Shown: piece by piece, positions 43,454 to 54,400 of the stretch
Layout: each line of letters starts with the position of its first letter
Numbering within the stretch: position 1 is the stretch's first letter
From: Octopus sinensis
Taxonomy: Eukaryota
Length of the DNA stretch: 64,000 nucleotides
Assembly (NCBI RefSeq): GCF_006345805.1
Contig: NC_043007.1
Location: 14,074,001 to 14,138,000 of the forward strand
Reading direction: 5' to 3'
The notes under the pieces: generated by a model
Database searches by the model: none
The model's input: only the letters and a program-made list of their open reading frames with translations
What the model was told of the DNA's origin: nothing
Made by a program: the position numbers and the translations under genes

Positions 43454-43728
43454 GGTAGGATGCGATTCAAGAAAACTTGACTGCTATTTCTAGGAGATCA
43501 AAGGATCACGTAAAGGTTTCCTCGTTGGCTTGTGAGGCTTCCATCCCTAAAGTGTATCTACGTCTAAGACGTAGTTCTAAAATATGTTGTTATAACTGTA
43601 ACTAAAATTTCACTGACGCTGCTGTAACAATTAACATTTATTAGAATAAATAGCAAATGTATTTGCTGCAAATATCCATTTTCGGAAATTCGTCTTGACC
43701 GGACCGCCACCTTTAGATCTATCTTGTA

Positions 43729-44126
43729 CTAGCAGTATCGCCCGGCGTTGCTTGGGTTTGTTTCGACCCTTTAGAATTTGAATTTTTGAAAAGTAAAAAA
43801 TTTGCATTCTGTAGCTTGTTATTCTCTTTAAGTGAACATTTTTCTGGTTGAAATGCACCGAAAAATGGCGACACAGCAGTCAAAAAATCGTAAAAAATAG
43901 GGATTTTCATAGAAAAAAAAAAGCCCCTTTTTGATGTAAATAATTTTTGGTGTTAACATGGTCTGATTTGAATTTTTTTCTTCTACGGAAGGAAGAGCAA
44001 ACCTTCTTCTATCATACTCTCAATTTTGGTCAACTTGCGCCGCGGGGTCTCGGAGGAGATAGTGTTAGTTGAAGGCTACCAAACCTCCCATACACAGACA
44101 ACTTCAGCTTTATATATATAGAGAGA
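43729..44126 (-). mobile_element. Non-autonomous Helitron, family 1 (second copy)
   Basis: A|TCTCTCTATATATATAAAG...CCCAAGCAACGCCGGGCGATACTGCTAG|T on the minus strand. Confidence 0.88.
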
Positions 44127-44354
44127 TTATGTCCGAACAGGTGGTGATGATGGGGATGGCGGCCGTGGCTGTATTGGTGCTGGTGGTTACGATAATGGCG
44201 CTGGTAATGATGAGAGAACGTGACTACAGTGTTAGTAGTGACCAGGGTAATTTCGATGTTGGAAATTTTATGATAATGCTGAGAGTAACGTTTATGATAA
44301 TTGACGTAGTAATGCCTGGGAAAAGATGGTATAGCTCTATGTGTGTGTATTATA

Positions 44355-44454
44355 NNNNNNNNNNNNNNNNNNNNNNNNNNNNNNNNNNNNNNNNNNNNNN
44401 NNNNNNNNNNNNNNNNNNNNNNNNNNNNNNNNNNNNNNNNNNNNNNNNNNNNNN
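44355..44454. other. Assembly gap (100 N)
   Basis: Run of exactly 100 n, probably an arbitrary-size gap. Confidence 0.99.
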
Positions 44455-45204
44455 GCGGTTCGGCAAAAGAGATCGATAGAATAAGTACTGGCTTACAAAA
44501 GAATAAGTCCCGGGTGTCGAGTTGCTCGATTAAAGGCGGTGCTCCAGTATGGCCGCAGTCAAATGACTGAAACAAGTAAAAGAGTAAAAGAGTAAAAGAC
44601 TATATGGGAAGCTGAAAGTATGGTGCAATCACAACGAGATTGCAGTGAATATCGTTGCTTTATGAATTTCCACACGCAGGTGAAGTAAATGGAGAGGTTG
44701 TGTAGTGAAGTCATGCGGTATATTCGAGCGAGTTGGCTGGGGTTCCCTCAACTTTCAGCTAAGTCAAACTTGCAACAGTAATTCCTCTAAGCTCCACGGA
44801 TCAGCTTCAGACCATGCTGGTGGAGCTCGACATCAAAATTTGGGATTTGCGGAGGGTTAAAGTGGTAACAAAAACAGGACAGTAAGAACAAAACAGCAAA
44901 ATCAAAGGGTAAGGGCTCGTGAGCCATAACGAGGGAAATTGTGAACGCTGGAGAAACGAGCTTGACAAGAGACAGGCAAAAGCGCGTCTTGTCTCTTGTA
45001 AAGCAAGAGGGAAAAGAAGATAGCCGCTGGTCACGTGTGAGCAACGAGAGAGTCAAGGAGGAAGAGTAAATGAGGGAGAGGGAGGGGGAGAAGAGAACAG
45101 CGAAGGGGAGGAGAAGAAAAACAGAAAGAAGAAGGAATAATAGAGGGAGAAAAGAGATATTTGTAGAGTGCGTATCAGAATTATTAAGATTAAACTCACT
45201 TGGA

Positions 45205-46545
45205 AATGGATGCGTGGTGTTCAATCATATAATAAATTACTTCCCACTCTTAAGCAGCCAATATACAGTTGTCCATGCGACGGGTCTTCCAAGAGAAGAC
45301 CCGTCACAGAGAGGGTTTGACCATGAGATTTGTTAATGAACATGGCAAAACTGACACGAAGTGGGAATTGCAGTCTTCTGAACGTAAATGGGATTTCTGC
45401 TCCTGATGTTAAATGGCGGAGTGTCGTTGGTGAAGTGAAAAGCCAACGACGCGTCAGAAAGTCTCATTGCTACTTATGTACCGTCCCACCTGATAGTGCA
45501 TCACCTCATCCTGGCAGTATTCTTGTTGCAGTCCAAACATTGCAGCGTCAGAACCCTTGTTCACATACTTACAAACGTACTTTATGGACGTAACGGAGTT
45601 GCAAAACTCAACGTTGATGAGGGCATGGAAAGTCTTTGACAAGATCGTGCAGTAGGGAACAATCCATCTATTATGAACCGTGTGCTGTCCGATAGTTGCT
45701 GTGAAACTATCGTCTTCTGGTTTTCTCCGTCTGTATGATGGATACCCATCAGCACTTGACTGAGTTTCTTGTAGGAACTTCCTTGGAAACCTTTTCGAAC
45801 ATACGCTGTCTTTCAAGCATGGTGAGTTTATGTTGAATCCATGCCCACGTGGACCATGCACCATGTTTGCCTTGACTATTTCGTATAGTACGTTGTGTAA
45901 AACTGGATCGGGAAGCTCTGCAGAGATTATATTGTCGATGTCAGTGGATTTGATCTTCGTTGACAGTCAAAGTAGGATATAAGCATGTGGAAGGCCCCTT
46001 TTTTGCCATTCGATTGTGTACATGTCACACTGTATGGGTCCGAAGACTAGCCCGTTTTTATGAGCTCCATGAGAGCGACCAACTTCAGATGGAAAACTCA
46101 GGCGGGGTGGTCATGCCTGTCTTTAGGCTTTTGACCGAAGAAGAGTTCGGCCTGAATCTCCTTCCATTTGGGATTGCATGTGAAAGTAAAGAACAGGTCA
46201 GGCCTGCCGTAATGGCGGACAAAGGTCGTTGCATCCTGTGTTCTTGCATGCATGTATCGGGGACTTCCAGAGAACGTGGAGGGCAAGATGCAAACTCTTC
46301 CTATGCTTGTTGGAGCAGCAACATTGTTGCTGACATCTCGGAAATGGATGTAGCAGTCAGAGCGCAATTTTTTTTTTATGTGACCAAATGAAACGTTTTT
46401 CTCTCTGATTCCATTTTTGCACATATATCGACTGCAAATTGATGAAACAGCTGTTGAGATTGGTGGAGGTGATTACAGCAGTTGTTTCGGGTCATAAATC
46501 GGTATGAGTAGAAGTCCATGCAGGATACTGGCTTGTTGAGATGTT
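45205..46545 (-). mobile_element. Helitron Rep-helicase remnant, internally deleted
   Basis: Rep motifs SCMDFYSYRF, LPSTFSGSPRYMH, GRPDLFFTFTCNPKW, MVHGP, NRWIVPY and IKYVCKYVNKGSD, joined to the Pif1-type C-terminus FRRLQFPLRVSFAMFINKSHGQTL...HGQLYIGCLRVG. Confidence 0.93.
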
Positions 46546-46559
46546 CATTACGATTTTAG

Positions 46560-47890
46560 TGCGATACTCATTATTTTATAGATTCATTTAAATCTATTTT
46601 GCTTGCGAGAATTTTTTATACGATGCGAGAAATTTTCTGGTTTTTAGAGTTTTATATAATATTATTTATAGAAAATATTTATTATTTGGTTATCAATATT
46701 ATTCATAGAATTTATTAGATCTTTGTTATTATTAACATTATAACTGGGGAAGAAAAGTTAATTTTTGTTTATAATCAGCCTAAATAAAGCTTCATTATAG
46801 AATCTTGTATTTTGATTAAAGATTTCATGGTTAGCCGAAGTGTGGTGATAAATGGGATGAAATACTATAAACTAAAGAATTACTGACTACTTTTGGTGGG
46901 TGGAAAAACTATTAACAATTTCAAAGTTTGGTTTGTCTTGTGGAAATGTTATAAAGACCGGTAGTGAGATCTAGAGTAACATCTAGGAAATTTTCTGGTT
47001 TTTAACATTACTAGAATTAGGCAAAATTAGTAAAGCATAATCTCTATAAATTCTCCATCAATATTCTGAAATTCATCTTTAATACAGTATAATAAACCCT
47101 GCAATATCAGTAACCAGAGCAGAGTCATTAGATCCCATGGAAATATCAACCTTTTTGTCTATCCTTTCTCACCCAAAGTTTAACGTTAATTTATAATAAT
47201 AGTTCTCCTTGCTGTTAGAATAATATCATTTCATTTCTAGTTAGATTAGAGTTTTCATAGGAAAGATAGAACCTTATTGGGGAGATTGGAGAGATAGGCA
47301 AGTAGTAATTATCGATATCAAATAGTGAAAAATAAATATTGATTTTATCTTTAATATTAGTAAACCATTTAATAACTTCAGTAGTATTAGATCACAGGCT
47401 AAGTGATATTTTCGTCTTAATTCTATCAATAATAAGTTTACTTATCCTTCCACTATCCGATTTAGTTAGGCAAATTAATCTGATAGAGGGTTTACTTACA
47501 AAATTTGCTTTATGTTCCTTAAGATTTATTTTAGGAATTCTCGGCATGAAAGATTCAGTCCTATTTTCTAAATCAAGTGATTTTGCAATACAATGACCTT
47601 GTTATTGATACCAAATAATTCCGAATCCGTGCTAGTTTATAATCCGGTTTTTAGTTCATTATTAGATTGTTATAAGTGTTAAGATCAAGACAATATATTT
47701 CCTATTTTGTCAGCCGGAATTAAAATTCCAGGAGCTTTCTTCGGCTTTGCAGTAAATTCTTTAATTTACAGAAGTATTATTTTTAAATATATTCTTCTTG
47801 AATTTAATATTTTGTACAATACTTAATAAATCCTTTTCAAAATTTTCCAGATTTTTATAATGAGGGGTTTTTTTTTCTAGATTTAAATTC
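46560..47890 (-). mobile_element. Penelope-like element RT remnant
   Basis: Degraded frames: NLENFEKDLLSIVQNIKFK, IPADK, LKEHKANFVSKPSIRLI..TKSD.GRISK, VIKWFTNIK, DISMGSND, NFLDVTLDL. Confidence 0.82.
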
Positions 47891-48050
47891 TCTCTGATTG
47901 CTTCGTCCCGATTTTGTTCTTTCAGTGACACTCCCAACATCGATTTTTCCATAGCTCTCTTAAGCAGTTACCAGCCCCTGCTCTTCTCTCTTCGTCGTGG
48001 CCCAGGTTTTACTTCCTCGTACCTTTCTCATCCTCGTACTTCCAAACGCT
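47891..48050 (-). mobile_element. RTE-1-like LINE fragment
   Basis: KTWATTKREEQGLVTA*RAMEKSMLGVSLKEQNRDEAIR. Confidence 0.7.
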
Positions 48051-48293
48051 TGCATTTCATCAACCCATGTATTATTAAATGTAATAATATAGATTATTTA
48101 CATGTTTTAAAGTTACGAAACAATTTGTTGTTATATTAGAATTTTCTTTTCATCAAACTATTTCTCTGTCATTTATGACTTTATATATATATACATTTAT
48201 ATATATATATATACATTCAAAATGTGACCGCGTGTGTACCGTTGGCGATTTTTTTCCTCTGTCTTCCCTTCTCTGGATCTTTCCTTCTCCTAT

Positions 48294-48328
48294 GTTTCCG
48301 ACGAAGAGCTCCGCTCGAAACGTTAAAC
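48294..48328 (+). ncRNA. Minimal hammerhead-ribozyme-like motif (Penelope pLTR type, degenerate core)
   Basis: gttt-CCGACGA-A-GAGC tcc GCTC-GAAA-CG-TT-aaac: stems I and II pair; the core differs from CUGANGA at U4. Confidence 0.45.
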
Positions 48329-48476
48329 CCTCCTTCTTTCCTTCTTTCCTGAGCGTCCAATAATACTATATTTGTTCCACGTCCTCGCGTTGTTGTGTTT
48401 TCTCTTTGTGTTTTCATGTTTGGATTAACTATATATGTATATATATATATGAGCTGAAACTAGAATCAATCAATCA

Positions 48477-48518
<42 letters not shown>

Positions 48519-48532
48519 ATATAATATTATAT

Positions 48533-48577
<45 letters not shown>

Positions 48578-48586
48578 ATATATGTA

Positions 48587-48619
<33 letters not shown>

Positions 48620-48643
48620 TATGTATATATATATATATAATAT

Positions 48644-48699
<56 letters not shown>

Positions 48700-48743
48700 T
48701 ATATATAAGTTATATATATATTATATGTATAATATATAATTAT

Positions 48744-48798
<55 letters not shown>

Positions 48799-48800
<2 letters not shown>

Positions 48801-49060
48801 GGGTTGGCAACTAAGTTACCGCCATTTCTTAAAATTTAAATTTTTTTTAAAGTTTTATAAAAAGAATATAACTAATTATCAATAATGTATTCACCCTTGT
48901 TGTTTACATCTTCTTCCCAACGTTCTTCATCAACAGTTCTTATTGATGTTGAGGGTGAGGACGAATTTGACGGTGTGGTGCTGTCATTAACGGAAAAGCA
49001 AAGGATGGAAGTAGAGAGACACAACGGGGAGTATGGACTGTGGAAGGTTGACTTTGACAA
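48799..49060 (-). mobile_element. Mariner 3' end remnant
   Basis: TA|TTGGGTTGGCAACTAAG TIR; C-terminus ERWEEDVNNKGEYIIDN* and HSPYSP. Confidence 0.75.
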
Positions 49061-49269
49061 GGAAAAGCTTCCACAAAATATTGAATTTAAAGAACTGCGA
49101 AAGAGGTATAACTTAAATATATTGGAGAGCAGGAGAAAGGGATCAAGTGATGTTACTTGATGGGGCAGGTAACACCATTTTCACCTTTTCATCTTTCATT
49201 ATATCATACGTTTCGTTTTATTCTATTTTTTTGTAATTGTTGTATGTCCCTCTATGTTGGCCCTTTATG

Positions 49270-49432
49270 GGTAATAAAGAATAGATCCCATAATCTAATG
49301 AAACCGTGCTAGTCACAAGGCCAAACATCCCTGAAAGTTTCATCCGAATCCAGCTGTTCTTGAGATACCTTGTCCAGGGGTCAAACAAACAAACAAACAA
49401 GCACGACGAAGTGAAGACTTAATATATATAGT
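49270..49432 (-). mobile_element. 5' part of a Helitron-like non-autonomous element (family 3)
   Basis: ACTATATATATTAAGTC-(GTTT)n-...GGATTCGGATGAAACTT, the same architecture as 58357-58880; no 3' end visible. Confidence 0.55.
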
Positions 49433-49454
49433 CCATGTGTTTTATTGGCAAAAT

Positions 49455-49841
49455 GGATGGAAGCACTCCGTCGGTTACGACGATGAGGGTTCCGGTTGAT
49501 CCGAATCAACGGAACAGCCTGCTCGTGAAATTAACGTGCAAGTGGCCGAGCACTCCACAGACACGTGCACCCTTACGTAGTTTTCTCGGGGATTTCAGCG
49601 TGACACAGAGAGTGACAAGGCCGGCCCTTTGAAATACAGGTACAACAGAAACATGAAGTAAGAGTGAGAGAAAGTGTGGTGAAAGAGTACACACAGGGAT
49701 CACCACCATCCCCTGCCGGAGCCTCGTGGAGCTTTAGGTGTTTTCGCTCAATAACACTCACAACGCCCGGTCTGGGAATCGAAACCGCGATCCTATGACC
49801 GCGAGTCCGCTGCCCTAACCACTGGGCCATTGCGCCTCCAC
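49455..49841 (-). mobile_element. SINE head A with tail 1
   Basis: 11-bp TSD ATTGGCAAAAT at 49444-49454 and 49844-49854. Confidence 0.9.
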
Positions 49842-50155
49842 AAATTGGCAAAATATGACCAACCCCAAGTATAACAATATCTGTTTCAACACACGATTTC
49901 ACACCAAGAATCTTGCAAAACATACGTAAACGTGAATAATTTTTATTTTCCAATTATTCGGTTACAACTTTGGAGTTTTTCCATCTCGTCGCATTAATTT
50001 ATAAGATATTTTGAAAGTAAATTTAAGTTTAGGAGAATGAAATTGTTCGTAAACTATACATTTTCGTTAATTTCCGTCTAAAAATAATTTATTCTGGAGA
50101 TGTACTTGCATAGCAAGTAACTTGATCAGAGATCGTGTGCTGGAACAAAAACATT

Positions 50156-50269
50156 TGCAGCGTGGAAGGTGTTTATAAGCCATTTTGACAAGTTAAATTT
50201 AAATGTTGAAGTGAATCTAACGGTTTTTGTGTGTTTCTTAAATGGCTTATAAACACCTTCCACGCTACA
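50156..50269. repeat. Inverted repeat with 30-bp arms (fold-back remnant)
   Basis: TGCAGCGTGGAAGGTGTTTATAAGCCATTT versus AAATGGCTTATAAACACCTTCCACGCTACA, 1 mismatch. Confidence 0.82.
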
Positions 50270-50708
50270 ATAATTTATTCGTACAAGGGAAATAACTCTA
50301 CAAATAGTTCTGTTTATTTGGGATTTATTTCCCCTGAGTAGACTGTGTAGCCGAATGGCTATGAAATTCGCATTGCAACCAAGATGTCCCTGGTTCGATC
50401 CCGTTGTCTAGCAATCAGGGAAACTTTGGTTGTTTTTTTTTATATATACTATTTGTTTTGATTTATATCCTGTGAGGAAGACTGGGTAGACGGGAACTGT
50501 ACAGAATCATAGGTAGATTGTATCAGTATTTCAAAAAACATAACCTTCTTACACGCCTTATCCAGCTCTCCATTGCATTGTTTCCTTTATTGAACTCATA
50601 AAGTAAAAAGTAAAGTTGACATATAATACACACAATATTCAAAAATATGTACATACATAGGGTAAGGTCCTGAAAAGGAAGTGATATGCAAAGAAAGGTG
50701 AAAAAAGA

Positions 50709-50823
50709 AAGGCGGTGAGCTGGCAGAAACGTTAGCACGCCGGGCGAAATGCTTAGCGGTATATCGTCTGCCGCTACGTTCTGAGTTCAAATTCCGCCGC
50801 AGTCGACTTTGCCTTTCATCCTT
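50709..50823 (+). mobile_element. SINE family C, 3'-truncated at the start of the satellite
   Basis: Ends at CTTTCATCCTT and is followed directly by the 22/23-bp array. Confidence 0.88.
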
Positions 50824-53800
50824 AGATCGAAGAGGAGTTCCAAAAGAGATCAAAGAGAGTGCCGAAAGACATCAAAGAAGGTGCCGGAAGAGATAAAAAA
50901 GGGTGCCGAAATAGATCAAAGAGGGTGCCAAAATAGATCAAAGAGGGTGCCAAAATAGATCAAAGAGGGTGCCAAAAGAGATCAAAGAGGAGTTCCAAAG
51001 GAGATCAAAGAGGGTGCCAAAATAGATCAAAGAGGGAGCCGAAAGAGATCAAAGATGAGTTCCGAAAGAGATCAAAGAGGGTGCCGAAAGGGATCAAAGA
51101 GGGTGCCAAAATAGATCAAAGAGGGTGCCGAAAGAGATCAAAGAGGAGTTCCGAAAGAGTTCAAAGAGGGTGCCGAAAGAGATCAAAGAGGAGTTCCGGA
51201 AGAGATCAAAGAGGGTGCCGAAAGAGATCAAAGAGGGTGCCGAAAGAGATCAAAGAGGGTGCCGAAAGAAATCAAAGAGGGTGCCGAAATAGATCAAAGA
51301 GGGAGCCGAAAGAGATCAAAGAGGGTGCCGAAAGAAATCAAAGAGGCTACCAAAATAGATCAAAGAGGGAGCCGAAAGAGATCAAATAAAAGTTCCGAAA
51401 GAGATCAAAGAGGGTGCCGAAAGAAATCAAAGAGGGTGCCGAAAGAGATCAAACAGGGAGCCGAAAGAGATCAAAGAGGAGTTCCGAAAGAGATCAAAGA
51501 GGTGCCGAAAGAAATCAAAGAGGGTGCCGAAAGAGATCAAAGAGGAGTTCCGAAGAGATCAAAGAGGGTGCCGAAAGAGATCAAACAGGAGCCGAAAGAG
51601 ATCAAAGAGGAGTTCCGAAAGAGATAAAAGAGGGTGCCGAAAGAGATCAAAGAGGTGTTCCGAAAGAGATCAAAGAGGGTGCCGAAAGAAATCAAAGAGG
51701 GTGCCGAAAGAGATCAAACAGGGAGCCGAAAGAGATCAAAGAGGAGTTCCGAAAGAGATCAAAGAGGGTGCCGAAAGAAATCAAAGAGGGTGCCGAAAGA
51801 GATCAAAGAGGAGTTCCGAAAGAGATCAAAGAGGGTGCGAAAATAGATCAAAGAGGGAGCCGAAAGAGATCAAAGAGGAGTTCCGAAAGAGATCAAAGAG
51901 GGTGCCGAAAGAGATCAAAGAGGTGTTCCGAAAGAGATCAAAGAGGGTGCCGAAAGAAATCAAAGAGGGTGCCAAAGAGATCAAAGAGGAGTTCCGAAAG
52001 AGATCAAAGAGGAGTTCCGAAAGAGATCAAAGAGGGTGCCGAAAGAGATCAAAGAGGAGTTCCAAAAGAGATCAAAGAGGGTGCCGAAAGAAATCAAAGA
52101 GGCTGCCGAAAGAGATCAAAGAGGGTGCCGAAAGAGTGCCGAAAAAGATTAAAGAGGAGTGCCGACAAAGATCAAAGATGAGTGCCGACTAAGATCAAAG
52201 TTGAGCGCCGACAAAGATCAAAGATGAGTGTCGACAAAGATCAAAGATGAGTGCCGACAAAGATCAAAGAGGGTGCCGAAAAAGATCAAAGAGGAGTCCC
52301 GACAAAGATCAAAGAGGGTGCCGAAACAGTGCCGAAAAAGATCAAAGACGGTGCCGAAAAAGATCAAAGAGGAGTGCCGACAAAGATCAAAGATGAGTGC
52401 CGACAAAGATCAAAGTGAAGCGCCGACAATGATCAAAGATGAGTGCCGACAAAGATCAAAGAGGAGTGCCGACAAAGATCAAAGAGGGTGCCGAAAAAGA
52501 TCAAAGAGTAGTGCCGAAAAATATCAAAGAGGAGTGCCGAAAGAGATCAAAGAGGAGTTCCGAAAGAGATCAAAGAGGGTGCCAAAATAGATCAACGAGA
52601 GTGCCGAAAGAGATCAAAGAGGGTACCGAAAAAGATCAAAGAGGGTGCCGAAAAAGATCAAAGAGGATTGCCGACAAAGATCAAAGAGGAGTGCCGAAAA
52701 AGATCAAAGAGGAGTGCCGAAAGAGATCAAAGATGAGTGCCGAAAAAGATCAAAGAGGGTGCCGAAAAAGATCAAAGAGGAGTGCCGAGAAAGATCAAAG
52801 AGGAGTGCCGAGAAAGATCAAAGAGGAGTGCCGACAAAGATCAAAGAGGTTGCCGAAAAAGATCAAAGAGGAGTGCCGAAAGAGATCAAAGATGAGTGCC
52901 GAAAAAGATCAAAGAGGGTGCCGAAAAAGATCAAAGAGGAGTGCCGAAATAGATGAAAGAGGACTGCCGAAAAAGATCAAAGAGGAATGCCGACAAAGAT
53001 CAAAGAGGAGTGCCGAAAAAGATCAAAGAGGAGTGCCGACAAAGATCAAAGAGGTTGCCGAAAAGATCAAAGAGGAGTGCCGAAAGAGATCAAAGATGAG
53101 TGCCGAAAAAGATCAAAGAGGGTGCCGAAAAAGATCAAAGAAGGTGCCGAAATAGATGAAAGAGGACTGCCGAAAAAGATCAAAGAGGAGTGCCGACAAA
53201 GATCAAAGAGGAGTACCGAAAAAGATCAAGGATGGTGCCTAAAGATCAAAGAGGTGTGCCGACAAAGATCAAAGAGGAGTGCCGACAAAGATCAAATAGG
53301 AGTGCCGACAAAGATCAAAGAGGGTGCCGAAAAAGATCAAAGAGGAGTGCCGACAAAGATCAAAGAGGAGTGCCGAAAAAGATCAAAGAGGAGTGCCGAC
53401 AAAGATCAAAGAGGTTGCCGAAAAAGATCAAAGAGGAGTGCCGAAAGAGATCAAAGATGAGTGCCGAAAAAGATCAAAGAGGGTGCCGAAAAAGATCAAA
53501 GAAGGTGCCGAAATAGATGAAAGAGGACTGCCGAAAAAGATCAAAGAGGAATGCCGACAAAGATCAAAGAGGAGTACCGAAAAAGATCAAGGATGGTGCC
53601 GAAAGATCAAAGAGGTGTGCCGACAAAGATCAAAGAGGAGTGCCGACAAAGATCAAATAGAATGCCGACAAAGATCAAGGAGGAGTGCCGACAAAGATCA
53701 AAGAGGGAGCCGAAAAAGATCAAAGAGGAGTGCCGACAAAGATCAAAGAGGAGTGCCGAAAAAGATCAAAGAGGAGTGCCGACAAAGATCAAAGAGGTTG

Positions 53801-54400
53801 CCGAAAAAGATCAAAGAGGAGTGCCGAAAAAGATCAAAGAGGAGTGTCGACAAAGATCAAAGAGGGTGCCGAAAAAGATCAAATAGGAGTGCCGACAAAG
53901 ATCAAAGATAAGTGCCGAAAAAGATCAAAGAGGGTGCCGAAAAAGATCAAAGAGGAGTGCCGACAAAGATCAAAGAGGAGTGCCGAAAAAGATCAAAGAG
54001 GAGTGCCGACAAAGATCAAAGAGGTTGCCGAAAAAGATCAAAGAGGAGTGCCGAAAGAGATCAAAGATGAGTGCCGAAAAAGATCAAAGAGGGTGCCGAA
54101 AAAGATCAAAGAAGGTGCCGAAATAGATGAAAGAGGACTGCCGAAAAAGATCAAAGAGGAGTGCCGACAAAGATCAAAGAGGAGTACCGAAAAAGATCAA
54201 GGATGGTGCCGAAAGATCAAAGAGGTGTGCCGACAAAGATCAAAGAGGAGTGCCGACAAAGATCAAATAGGAGTGCCGACAAAGATCAAGGAGGAGTGCC
54301 GACAAAGATCAAAGAGGGAGCCGAAAAAGATCAAAGAGGAGTGCCGAAAAAGATCAAAGAGGAGTGCCGACAAAGATCAAAGAGGAGTGCCGAAAAAGAT
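50824..54400. repeat. Tandem array of 22/23-bp monomers (about 150-160 copies)
   Basis: Monomer GA(A/C)A(G/A)AGATCAAAGAGG(A)GT(G/T)CC, with higher-order repeats in the right half. Confidence 0.97.

Noticed and set aside
48885-49160. 91-aa plus-strand ORF
   Set aside because: It overlaps the antisense of a mariner 3' remnant and has no recognisable domain.
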